DNA of 63,532 bases, filler included, from Globobulimina sp. (GCA_003354225.1; 42 parts of 42 records of this genome joined end to end with filler, not necessarily neighbours in it); one strand, 5' to 3'. Counted from the first letter of the whole stretch, positions 1 through 11,415 are shown. Numbers and translations: made by a program. Notes: generated by a model not told the origin, from the sequence alone.

Positions 1-242
1 TGCTGCCGCTGCATGGGCCCGGCTTCTTCGTCGGCGAGTGGGCCGGCAGCCTAGGGGTGCTGTCACTGGTCAAAGGGACACTTACTTTTTAAGGACATTA
101 GAACGTTTCAAGGCCAGCGCTGAGAATAAGACACGCACAAATCGAGGAAGTGTTTTTCACACTTTCCGCTGTTGTAGGTGATTCTGTTTTTATCCTTGCG
201 CTCGTTTCTAACGTTTCTAATGTTTTTGATAATGTTGCATAG

Positions 243-602
243 CATTTTACAGTGAATTTAAACAATGAGCACAAAGGAAAGGAGTTCGCAGCGGGATTTA
301 AAGTGTTTATACATAACACAAAGTTATTGACAAAGGATAGGTTCTTGCCAACTGCTGAAAATATTGAGGTAAAAACGCCTGGACAAAAAGGAAAAGGCGG
401 CAGAGGCAGAGGTAGGGGAAGAGGCCGAGGTAGAGGCAGAGGGAGAGGGCGGGGAAGAGGTAGAGGGCGCGGAAGGGGCCGAGGTCGAGGAGGTTTTGGC
501 AGAGGTGGTGGCCGAGGAGGCTTTAAAAGATATGGGAGTAGAGGTGGTGGCAGAGGCGGAGGGAGAGGGAGAGGGAGAGGTGGATTTGGGAAACGATATT
601 GA
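243..602 (+). CDS. GAR1: H/ACA snoRNP subunit GAR1, 3' exon
   Basis: HFTVNL..FKVFIHNTKLLTKDRFLP resembles the Gar1 core end (YFSVKL..KFYIDPYKLLPLQRFLP) and is followed by a long GR/RGG tail. A TAG acceptor lies at 240-242. Confidence 0.75.
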   Translation, partial: HFTVNLNNEHKGKEFAAGFKVFIHNTKLLTKDRFLPTAENIEVKTPGQKGKGGRGRGRGRGRGRGRGRGRGRGRGRGRGRGRGGFGRGGGRGGFKRYGSRGGGRGGGRGRGRGGFGKRY

Positions 603-974
603 GTGTAACTTAATAAATGATTCCAGATTGAATTAAGTTATATTGGTGCTTTGAGAAATTAAATATTGTGTTTAAAGGGATATAGAATAATCGTGATATG
701 ATTTAATTTGATAATTAAGTAAATTGTAACGGAAATGTTTTAAAATTTGAATTAATTAATTGCGCGAAAACACTGTTCGTACACAACCCACACACAACTA
801 CCTTCTTGGAAACTGAGTAAATGGAACTTTGCAGGTTTAGTGATCGGATTGTTTACAAACAGTCAAACACGAAAAGAAAGTTTCCTTTTATGACTGTTGA
901 AACTTTCTTTCTCTATCTCATGAAAATTAAAGTCAAAATTAAATATTTGAAAATTAAGGCGAAACTAACAATAT

Positions 975-1417
975 TCATTCTGAAAATCCTTTGTGTTTTC
1001 TGATTCTGTCATATCGCTGCCTTAGTTTCCGAAATTTTTTTGTTGCTTCTGGATCATCTGAATGGCGATCAGGATGTACTTCCGGTGATTTCTTGCGATA
1101 TGCTCTTTCAATTTGTGGTTTGGTGGCATCACGATCTAAGCCAAGATAATCCAATGCTATTTGCAACCTGGCCTCATTAGATAAATACATAAATTCTTTA
1201 AACGCTTCATTTTTTCTAATCTCTGGAACAGCATTTAATTGCTGCAATGTAGCTTGAATATAATGTTGTCTGTCCTTCCTCACATCCTCATCAATTCCTC
1301 TTTTAGTGAGATGTTTTTGATATGGTGGATCTGCTGGGATTGGTAAAGCGTTTTTGAATGCTGCAACATCTCTCAAAGCACGGAGTAATTCCATGACATC
1401 GCTGTTGTATTTTTGAA
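975..1417 (-). CDS. Protein with PX-like domain and C-terminal DnaJ domain (5' partial)
   Basis: J-domain LGLDRDAT..IERAYRK..HPDR..KFRKL..Y. The upstream Pro-rich loop and RQHYIQATLQQL..P.I...AFKEF resemble the PX C-terminal helices. Confidence 0.7.
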
Positions 1418-1517
1418 NNNNNNNNNNNNNNNNNNNNNNNNNNNNNNNNNNNNNNNNNNNNTTAATTAATTAANNNNNNNNNNNNNNNNNNNNNNNNNNN
1501 NNNNNNNNNNNNNNNNN
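1418..1517. other. Artificial contig linker (first of 41; the last is 62019..62118)
   Basis: An identical 44N-TTAATTAATTAA-44N block recurs about every 1515 bp. The 12-mer has stops in all six frames, and contig lengths fall steadily from 1417 to 1414. Confidence 0.99.
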
Positions 1518-2232
1518 AGGATGAACGACTTTTTATGGCTGGAAATTGGGCAATGGCGTTAAGAATGGTATCAATCCGAATAATAGACACCAGTCAAAAT
1601 TATGAGTTATACTGTCATGCATTTTATTTATTTGATGCAATGGTATCAGGCATTCAATTGGCTGCTAATATTATTATAACCGCAGCAGACATTGAAATAT
1701 TAAATCAGTTAATAAATAATAAAGTAAATAATACGAAATATGAGTTTGATCCATATGTTGTTGATACGTTTGACCTATATTGTCATAAAAAAGAACGAAT
1801 TATAATAACATTTCGATGGATAAATAAATATTTTTTAAAATTAAGTGATTTAATAATGACAGATATTATTAATTATGGCTTAAACAATAAGACATGCGAT
1901 GATTCTCTCAATTAATATTTATTAAAAACACGAATATTTAAAATATTCCCAAACTTAAAGACTGTTTGGATTTTAACAACAACTGGAGGTTTTTCCATAG
2001 AAAAAGGAGAATATCCAATATATAGTTTTTCATTATCATCATTTTTATCAGTAATTGAATGTGGAAAACCATCGATAACATATTATGTATTGGCATATCG
2101 TAAAAGAGATAATAATAAGAATTATATCGGAGTAACATGGTTAAAAGATATTCCTTTAGAACAGAAATTAAATGGATGGGAGATTGTAAAAGATAAAAAG
2201 GATAAATATGATCGTTTAATAATTAAACAATA
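1518..2232 (+). pseudogene. C-terminal part of an ART-fold family member, probably disrupted
   Basis: Starts with (E)DERLF, equivalent to EKEHLF in the 9099 gene. Similarity appears to continue past the TAA at 1913-1915 (LLKTRIFKIFPNLKTVWI), with further stops or a frameshift after that. Confidence 0.45.
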
Positions 2233-3034
2233 AATTGTTTAAAGTTTTTGTTATTTTTTTGTTGCTTGTTTTGTGAAATCTTAATTATTTCATTAGTGTA
2301 CATTTATCCCAACACCAACTCCAACAATGTATGAACCAGCAAGTATTGAATGCAGTTTACAATATTCTCATTTCATAATTGATCCTCAAAAAAACTATAC
2401 GAACCCGAACCACATAACATCCTCCAAAAGCGGTGGCTATTTACTATTCAATTTCAACTGCACTCGGTGTTCGGAGGAATGGGCTTCGCATTCAAACTCG
2501 GCGTCGTATATTGAATCAGCTCTGGCGGCGGCTGCGGCGGTCTCTGATGGTGATATTGCGCAAAACCACCATTATTTCGCATCGGTTGTAAAAAAAACGT
2601 AAAAAAAAAACGAACTTATAAAATACCATTAACACATAATATGAAAAGGTTAACAGCAAACACGAAAGAAATTGTGTTGGCCTAATAATAGATAATTTTT
2701 TTTCTAAGTGTTCATCGCTTTGTAATCGGAGAGGTGATGTTGGAGGATTTTGAGAGGATGGTAATCATGGAAGGAATCTACTATATTTGTATATGTTGGT
2801 TTTTTATGGGAATGCCTTCAATTAATTGGGTTTTATTTGGGAGCCATTTAGTTTTTAAGTCATGGTATTGTTTATACAATATGTAGTTGAGGATGTTTGG
2901 CAAGGTGTTCCATATATGCATATATATGTGACTTNNNNNNNNNNNNNNNNNNNNNNNNNNNNNNNNNNNNNNNNNNNNTTAATTAATTAANNNNNNNNNN
3001 NNNNNNNNNNNNNNNNNNNNNNNNNNNNNNNNNN

Positions 3035-4450
3035 AATTTCGGCATTGCTTTGATAGTCTGTTCGCAGATAAATGAGGCCAAACAATTCTTGATCTCATCG
3101 CTTAGTTTAGTTTGATTTTACATCCTTGCGCTCATAGCGTCGCAGCACAAATAATGTGAATATATATAGGTAAATGTGAGAGCGCCATGAAAGCGCAACA
3201 ATATGATTCGAATGAGATATTGTCAGAGATTGGCAATTTGCAATTATTGATTGCGTACTGTTTGTATTTGCAAAATGATTTTGAAGCTGCAGCCAAATAT
3301 TATCAACAATTGAACAGCACACAAAGGCATAGCAGTTATGAGGCGTTAATATTGGAAAATAATTCTTTAATTAATCACAATGTGGACGAGAAAGAAGAGC
3401 GAGCGAACCATGACAAATTGTGTGAATTATATGGAAAGTTGGCGGGCAATAAGCACAGTGATAATTTATTGCGGATTGGTGTGGATGGCAATGGATTGAG
3501 TCAAGTAACCAAAGTATACCATAATTATTGCATGGTTTTAATGAGAAACAAATCGAATGCAAATACATTATTATTTAAACAGATTATTTCAAAAATAAAA
3601 AATGCGAATCCATTGGGCGAATTAGCGTTATTTTTAAAAGTTTGCTATTTTGCAAATCAGGGTCAATATCAACAATGTGGCGATATTTTGTGCCATCATT
3701 TGGCCACTCATTCAAAGCCAAGCAAGAAAGCGCAATTATATTATATTCAGATATTAATAAATAAAAAAAAATATAAAATGGTGATAACGCAAGTTTTGAG
3801 CATGGACAATGAGATAAAATACAGTGAGAAAATGATAAATATGGTGATACATTTAGCACAAATAAAATTAAATGATAATGTGTTGACTGTTGGAATTATG
3901 AAACAATGCATTGAGTATTTAAAGGGAAAAAAGGAGGAAAATAAGTTATTGCTCGCGCTCGAAATTAAATTATGCAAATTGTTAATAGCCACAAATAGCG
4001 CGGCTGAGGCCAAGATGATCGCAAATAGTTTGTATGAGAGAGAGGCGGATAATGATATTTGTAAAGCGCTGTTTTTATTAACCTGCGTACATACAAATGA
4101 TATGATTGGTGCACAGAAAATATGTGAAGAAATTAAGATAAATGCTGCATTTGATGGATTTGGTGAATTTGAAATGGATAATATACCAAAACCAGTTGGA
4201 ATGGATTATGATGAGTATTCATTTGAGATTACTGAAGCAATGGAATTGAAAAGAAAACGCGAAATAAATCGACGGAAACGAGAAAAAAATGCAGTACAAT
4301 TAAGGAAAAAATATAAAGAGAATCCTACATTGTATAAGGAAGCGGTGAATTGGAAATCGGAGAAAAAAAGTTTGGTAAAAAAGGAAAAGAATGACGCGAA
4401 AGGAAAAAAAAAAAAAAAAAAGAAAAAAAAAAAGAAAAAAAAAAAAAAAA
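3035..4450 (+). CDS. SRP72: Signal recognition particle subunit SRP72 (partial; intron 3105..3169)
   Basis: The spliced sequence NFGIALI..INEAKQFL..KCESAM..EILSEIGNLQLLIAYCLYLQ..AAKYYQ matches the SRP72 TPR region. The C-terminus is Lys-rich. Confidence 0.7.
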
Positions 4451-4550
4451 NNNNNNNNNNNNNNNNNNNNNNNNNNNNNNNNNNNNNNNNNNNNTTAATT
4501 AATTAANNNNNNNNNNNNNNNNNNNNNNNNNNNNNNNNNNNNNNNNNNNN

Positions 4551-5966
4551 ACCACATAATCCGCCTACAATCTGCGCTAAAATATACGAACAAACATTTG
4601 CTATGTCAGCAGGAAAGTCCTTAAACCCATCCAATGAGCCTCTTGCCACTAAACCAATGGTGATTGCTGGATTAAAATGACCACCCGATATGTATCCAAA
4701 TCCATACACCAACGAAACAAAACAGAATCCAACGGATAATGCTGTACTCACTGCATATAAATGTCCTCTTTGATTTATACCGTTTATATCCATTAAATCC
4801 GGATCCCCTTCAAAATTATGCCCCGCAGCCAATTTAATAACAGCCACCAACAGAAATGTGCCAATGAATTCAAGCATATATTTCTGATACTTACCCTTTT
4901 TCTGTTGCTCTGTGGATAATGTAAATTTGTATAACAAAGCAGCAACAATACCACCTAATAATTCTGGTATAATATAAATCCAAGCATCTTTCCAATGTGC
5001 CCCTACGTTTTCAACATTGTTATAGATTCCGTCACAAAAAGCAGCTGGTGATATAGTACCAATCCATACTGCAGGATTTAAGCAACAACTTGAAATCTCT
5101 GCAATTGCACCAATAGCGCATAACAATACAAATCCGATACCGACACCAAAAAATTGATTATCCTTTTGTCCGACAGCAATATTTAACACCACAAATACTA
5201 AAAAAAATGTAAATACTGCTTCAGCACCAAATGCTTGAAAACTTGTAAATTCTCCAGGTAATCGTACATAATTCATACAGGCTGCTTCCTTTGCTATTGC
5301 CCAGGAAAAAAATCCACCACATATTCCACCTAAACATTGCATCAAAATATATAGAATAACTTCAGTAAAAGTTGGTCTGTTTTGCGTTTCTTTTACTGCC
5401 GTTTTTGTGATAGCAACAGCCAAAGTAACTGCGGGATTATAATGGGCGCCCGATGTCCAACCAAATAAATATATCAATATCACAAAGCCAATGCCTATGG
5501 TCATTTGTGCAATGGAACCACGGCTTAACCCATCTTCAGCAACGGATACTTTTATAATGGTCACCAAGAAAAATGTTCCTATGAATTCGGCTAAATATTT
5601 CCTAACGTTCTCCAACCAATCTTCGTCATCTTCGACAGAGAATTTAATTTCATCATCTTCATCTACACGGGGTAAATATACGTATTTATGCAGTAATCCA
5701 GCCAGCAATGCAGCTGTCATACAACCAACAGTATAAATCCATGAATATTTCCATGTGACTTGAGAAGCATCGCCTGTTACGATATAATTTATTCCTGCGG
5801 AAACATAAGTTGAAAACCATACGGCAGGATTCAGAGCAGCACCAGAAATTGCGCCGACACAGCCAATGCATACAAATACAGTCCAACCAACCGCCAAAGC
5901 TGCAAATTGATTACCTTCTTGCTTGCATGCAACATTTGCCACAACAATGCCAAATAAAAATGTAAA
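4551..5966 (-). CDS. Aquaporin/MIP protein with at least three tandem MIP domains (open at both ends)
   Basis: One frame contains four NPA motifs (ALNPAV, HYNPAV, CLNPAV, HFNPAI), two helix-1 EFIGTF motifs and two helix-6 WIY motifs. Confidence 0.93.
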
Positions 5967-6176
5967 NNNNNNNNNNNNNNNNNNNNNNNNNNNNNNNNNN
6001 NNNNNNNNNNTTAATTAATTAANNNNNNNNNNNNNNNNNNNNNNNNNNNNNNNNNNNNNNNNNNNNCAATCACTCTGTCCTAAGGTACCGGTACTAATTA
6101 ACATCAATTATGAACAACAATTACAGATAATTCAGCTCAGAATTACAGATATTCAGCTCAAAATTTATTTTTAATC

Positions 6177-7064
6177 ATGATGCGCAACAATGGTTTGTCT
6201 TTGCTGGTATTTTTGATTCACACATCGTACGTAGTGCTTTCAGAAAATATTTCACCACAACCAACATTGTCAACATTGCAACAACTATCAGCATCTGGCC
6301 ATGGTATTCCTGTATTGCAATTTCAAAACGACACAGATTTGACAACTTTTTCAAACGATGTATTAAACAATTTGTTGTATCATAAAATAGTGATCGTAAA
6401 TATGGATAACCTCTATTCTTCCGATTCAAATTCAACTCTGATGCAACAAATTGTGAATCACATTGGAATTCCAATGGATCAATCAATTCATTTCCAAGGG
6501 CAGTATGTATGGGATGTTACGTACAATCAATCATTATTCAAAAATGGTGCTTTGGGCAACGGATTAGATTTTTTTGATTTTCATACAGAAAATTCATTTG
6601 ATTGTGAACCTGTAAGATATTTTGGAATGCATTATTTACACAACAACGAATACTATGGTGGAGAAAATCAATTTATTTCCATTGATGATATATTGAGCTT
6701 ATTAAATAGAGATGAAATCCATCAATTATTTAGCTCGAATGTTGCATTTAAGGCACCGGCTTTATTTAAAAAAACATCAAACCACACTCATTCCAATGGA
6801 ACCATATTATTTGCGAATGAATGTATTGAGACTTGTGTTAGATTTCGACGGAGCATTGTTTTGAAAAATTATACAAATACAAATGTATTGGATCTTGTCG
6901 ATAAATTTTATGGTTTGGTGCATAACATTGCGGCTAACAGCCCGTTAATGATTATTCCAGAAAACAATATCGTATTTTGGGATAACTGGCACTTCCTACA
7001 TTCACGAAAACGTATATTGAATGAAAAAAGACTTCTAAGAAGAATGTTATTCAACCCATTGTGA
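6177..7064 (+). CDS. TauD/clavaminate synthase-like Fe(II)/2OG dioxygenase with signal peptide
   Basis: FHTE (HxE), GGEN, FWDNWHFLHSR and RLLRR motifs, plus a hydrophobic N-terminus. Confidence 0.8.
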   Translation: MMRNNGLSLLVFLIHTSYVVLSENISPQPTLSTLQQLSASGHGIPVLQFQNDTDLTTFSNDVLNNLLYHKIVIVNMDNLYSSDSNSTLMQQIVNHIGIPMDQSIHFQGQYVWDVTYNQSLFKNGALGNGLDFFDFHTENSFDCEPVRYFGMHYLHNNEYYGGENQFISIDDILSLLNRDEIHQLFSSNVAFKAPALFKKTSNHTHSNGTILFANECIETCVRFRRSIVLKNYTNTNVLDLVDKFYGLVHNIAANSPLMIIPENNIVFWDNWHFLHSRKRILNEKRLLRRMLFNPL

Positions 7065-7084
7065 ATATAAAATACAATCATTTT

Positions 7085-7285
7085 TTAGTTTGGTTCGCCT
7101 TCTAACATATTGGGCGTCGGTTTTGGCGGCTCCTTTGCTTCTATTTTTTTAAATTCATAGGCCCCGGGAAACATTGTATTAATTTTTTGTTTGTCCGCTT
7201 CGCTGCATTTTTGCCAATCGTTGCCGGTTGAATTTTTAATGAAGTGCGGTAATTTACGGTATAAATATTTTTTAGCCTTTGACAT
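7085..7285 (-). CDS. Small hypothetical protein in a phage/prokaryote-like segment
   Basis: ATG-initiated 66-aa ORF that starts 3 nt after the stop of the upstream HTH ORF. Confidence 0.5.
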   Translation of the reverse strand: MSKAKKYLYRKLPHFIKNSTGNDWQKCSEADKQKINTMFPGAYEFKKIEAKEPPKPTPNMLEGEPN

Positions 7286-7288
7286 AAT

Positions 7289-7480
7289 TTAAAGTTTTAA
7301 GGTTTCCTTAATTAGCTTTTGAGTAACGCCTAAAAGTTTTGCCGTTTCTTTTAAATCAAGTTCGCCGCTCGTTAGCTTATCTTTTGCCGTTTCTATTTGT
7401 TCGGCCGTTAATCCTTTTTTAACGGCCTTTTTTACGGCCTTTATAGGTTCGGCCGGGGCTTGCATATTTGGCGTTAATTT
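7289..7480 (-). CDS. Protein ending in a helix-turn-helix (5' partial; not in the ORF track)
   Basis: Manual translation: KLTPNMQAPAEPIKAVKKAVKKGLTAEQIETAKDKLTSGELDLKETAKLLGVTQKLIKETLKL*. Confidence 0.55.
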   Translation of the reverse strand, partial: KLTPNMQAPAEPIKAVKKAVKKGLTAEQIETAKDKLTSGELDLKETAKLLGVTQKLIKETLKL

Positions 7481-7582
7481 AGNNNNNNNNNNNNNNNNNN
7501 NNNNNNNNNNNNNNNNNNNNNNNNNNTTAATTAATTAANNNNNNNNNNNNNNNNNNNNNNNNNNNNNNNNNNNNNNNNNNNN

Positions 7583-8160
7583 TTCATTAATTTTAGCAAA
7601 ACATTGCGAATAATAATCTAAAATATAATCATTAATATTATAATCACCATCATTTAAAAAATTATTTAAATTTACAATTAAATCAAAATTAACAATGGAA
7701 ATAACGAGTTTATTAAAATATTTGTTTTGTAATAAATAATTGATATTTGATAGCTTGTCATTACAATCTGCAGTTGCATTAATTGAGAATTCTGGAAAAA
7801 AATGATTAAATAAAAGAATTCGTGGAGTTCGAATATCATTCACATTAAATGTAGAAAGTGCTGATTGCAGCGCAGAATTAACTAAATTAACATTCTTTTT
7901 ATAATCAGGATTATCACTATTTTCATCACAATTTAGTAATTTAATTTTTTGCACCAAATTATTGAATGGAATATGAGACTCATCGCCAAAATCAATGATT
8001 TTCTTAACTTGGCCGAATTGGTCGAAGGTCATGTATGATAATACATTGTTTGCGTGCAAATCATAAAATGCTTGAAAATATTCGCCGATTCCTTCTTGCC
8101 GTTTGTTACATTCTTCTTCACCAATATTCGTTGAGCCATCCACTAAAAAGATGATTGAAT
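7583..8160 (-). CDS. vWA-domain protein exon (partial)
   Basis: IIFLVDGSTNIG is a MIDAS-like strand. Later ALQSALSTF..RTPRILLF and ISIVNF fit the vWA fold. Confidence 0.55.
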
Positions 8161-8230
8161 GATTATGTGCTATGTATACAGTAATTATGTGTAATAATTA
8201 AACTGTTTACGTGTAAATTTATGGGAAAAA

Positions 8231-8683
8231 GTCCTAAATATTTGGGAGGACATGAAACAATGGTTGGAGATGCAAAAATTTGTATTAAAATATAGCTGAG
8301 TATGAACTGGAATGCGTTGCCATTAATACATATCATATGGTGATGACTGTGACATCGGTACTGTAGTGATGGTATGCAGTTGTTACTGAATTTGTGTTTG
8401 TGTTTGTGTTTGTATGGTGGTAATGTGTTTAATTTGGTAATGTGTTTGTTTTCTTTGTTGTGTATGATGCGTTTGTGGCGATGTTATGGTGGTGGTGGTG
8501 GTGTGATTTTGGTTTGTAAAACAACTCAGAACCGATCCATGAAAACAGCTTTATAATAAATAAAAAGCACAGCCAGACATGTACGTAATAATGGTACCGC
8601 ATCTCAGTCAATCCCCAGCCGTATTTAATACATTTTTGCATCTCCAACATTAATTGTTTCATGTCCTCCCAAATATTTACGAC
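8231..8683. repeat. Diverged inverted duplication, about 100-bp arms (about 8231-8330 and 8583-8683)
   Basis: AAATATTTGGGAGGACATGAAACAAT..TTGGAGATGCAAAAAT..TGTATTAAA occurs on + at about 8237 and on - ending at about 8677. Confidence 0.85.
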
Positions 8684-9098
8684 TGTTTCTAATTTAATTT
8701 GAGACAAACATTTGATAACATTGAGTAAAAATGCCAAAACAAGGAACGAGACCATGGTTGAGGAATAGCGTCAATTTCAGGTTGGATATATTCTTGAAAC
8801 CCTTTCACGTTGACATTAACTTGAAACTGGAAAATTTAAAGATTTTTTTTACTTGAACTTACTGCAGATTTTACAAGAATACTTTAGAATAGGACGTGTT
8901 TAGAATATTGCCTTTTGGAAATTTTTGATTTAAAGAGCTTATTTTAAACTCACCATGTTTTAAATTCGTGATGTATAGAATATTACATTCATTCGCCCNN
9001 NNNNNNNNNNNNNNNNNNNNNNNNNNNNNNNNNNNNNNNNNNTTAATTAATTAANNNNNNNNNNNNNNNNNNNNNNNNNNNNNNNNNNNNNNNNNNNN

Positions 9099-10323
9099 AG
9101 AAATAAGAGTAGAAAAAAAGTATGAACATTTGCAAGAGGAATTAACTCAAAATAAAATATGTGTGGTGAATGCAGAACAATTCATTAACGAATCAAATAA
9201 AGCACATAAGAAACACACAAGTTATTACAGAAGAGCATTATATACAGAATTAAAGAAAGAACAAATTCTATCAATTATGTTTTATACAAATTATGATTCG
9301 CTACAAACCGCATTCACTCAAACATATTTTGATGGAAATACACATAAACACTGCGAATTTTATCATTTAGGAAAGCTGTTAAAACGATCTATGTTGAGTC
9401 ATAAAGAAGAGCCTTTTGAAGATAAATATGTTTCTGCCACAGGAAAGCCTAAAACATTCCAATTATATCATGGTATAACAGCACAATTTTACTTTCCAGC
9501 TTATATAGAATGTAATATATGGAGTCCTTTATCGACTACAACACAATTCGGAGTGGCTCAAAATTTTACAAATTCTCAAGGTTTTATTATTCAATTTGAG
9601 ATCGATAAAACAAACATTGGTGTTTGGTATTTGGCCGTTGATTGGCTCTCAGATTTTGCCAATGAAAAGGAACATTTATTCGTTCAATCTGCAGAAGGAC
9701 TCGTTATTAGCAATATTGTTGACGTTAAAAATAATTTAGAATACAGTTCGTTATTAACAGCAATCCGCGTTTTGTATTGGGTCACTCATTGCAATTCATG
9801 GGAGGAAGCCGTGTCAGATTTAACCAAAGCATTAATTCCTATGATTGTTAAGGATGTATTGGCAAAGCATGAGCATAAAGCATATGATCGATGGGAATCT
9901 TTAAGCAAATATGCTCGAGAAATGCTCAACGTTTGTTTTGTAAATAGAGATAGGAAGATTGGTGTTGTTGAATTCAGATTGGATGTTATCAAAGAAAAAC
10001 ATGACTATTTATTGGATGTATTTTTTCATAGTAACATGGAATGGATCAAAATGGATGTAATTAATACTGTATTTCCAGACAGTGAACAATTTTTAATCCG
10101 AGGAGTTACATTATGTGCAGGAATATTTGATGATATATTAAATAATTATAAAAATATGAACTTTAGTTTGATCAGATTATTAGCTCCAAAATGGAACAAA
10201 TTTACATTGAAACAGTATAGAAATTACAAAGAAATATTTAATGGTTTTGGTATTAAAGTGTCATCGAATGTTGATTTTAATTTGAATACAGTCAACGGTT
10301 GGATTGCAATGTTATGGAGTTAA
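9099..10323 (+). CDS. ADP-ribosyltransferase-fold protein of an expanded family (5' partial)
   Basis: LYHG / PLSTTTQFGVAQNF / GFIIQF / WLSDFANEKEHLF follow the motif order of ARTC-type enzymes. Confidence 0.7.
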
Positions 10324-10908
10324 TTAAAAAGTAATGTCACCATAAACACGTACCGCTGAAATGCCTGCAATAAGCTTGAATTTATATAAATTTTGTGTTG
10401 TTATCAATTAATCCATTTGAACATCTTACTTCAATAATTTTTTTAAAAACTGTAGCTTTGAGATATAAAGCATGCCAAAACAAGCAAAATCGAAAAATGT
10501 ATCAATGACGGAATNNNNNNNNNNNNNNNNNNNNNNNNNNNNNNNNNNNNNNNNNNNNTTAATTAATTAANNNNNNNNNNNNNNNNNNNNNNNNNNNNNN
10601 NNNNNNNNNNNNNNACAGGAACAGGAACATGAAGACAGTCAAAAAACATATATATGTGCAATATATAATTATATATGACCTGGAAATGAGCGGATAATTG
10701 AGTTTCTGGTGCATTATTTCGTTTTGTGGATCGATGCAAATCTACCTCTTCTGGGTGGTAAAATGAGTCTTGTTTGACGTCTTGATCTTTTTAGTGTGGT
10801 GGATCCATTATTACGTGAATATGTGGTTGGAACTAAAGGTGTTTTGTAGTATTATCATCTGCTAGCCAGTAGTCCTCAAAAAAGTAGCAACACATTCTTA
10901 TATAAAAA

Positions 10909-11415
10909 ATGTCTGAACGTAGACCATTATTATATCGGCAAGCATCTATCCAAGAAGTTGGTAAAGGCCGAGCAACCATCGCATGGATTTTATCACTTAT
11001 TATGTTGAGTCCAGCCATTGCAGCATTAGTGATTGCGTATGATTATGATAAAAGTACATCGCCATGCAATGGTCCATCATATACAATTGATATTAAACAA
11101 TTTTTATATACTGCTGGTTGGATTGATTTATTTGTATTTGTAACACATACTTTATTGGAATTGGTGTCAGCATGTTTTGGTATGAATTATAGGGATCAAG
11201 GCTCAAATTATGGATCCTGTGTTCTTATATTTACGGTTGTTTGGGCCATTATTGGTTCAGTAATGTATGCGGATCAAATGTCAGATGAATGTCAAGAAGA
11301 AGAGATCGCAAAAATGATCTTATCGTGGTGTATTATCAAATTGGGATTGATTGGATTGGGTTGTTGTATTATTTGCTGTGCCACTGTCTGTTTAGCCATA
11401 GCAGAAAGTAATTAA
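10909..11415 (+). CDS. Four-pass membrane protein with Cys-rich C-terminus
   Basis: Complete ORF with four hydrophobic segments. Confidence 0.7.
   Translation: MSERRPLLYRQASIQEVGKGRATIAWILSLIMLSPAIAALVIAYDYDKSTSPCNGPSYTIDIKQFLYTAGWIDLFVFVTHTLLELVSACFGMNYRDQGSNYGSCVLIFTVVWAIIGSVMYADQMSDECQEEEIAKMILSWCIIKLGLIGLGCCIICCATVCLAIAESN

Noticed and set aside
1913-1915. TAA read-through or an alternative genetic code
   Set aside because: TAA, TAG and TGA all end well-conserved genes at the expected positions elsewhere in the window.
4404-4450. Poly(A) tail of a retrocopy
   Set aside because: It is an in-frame poly-Lys tract of an intron-containing SRP72 gene at an assembly break.
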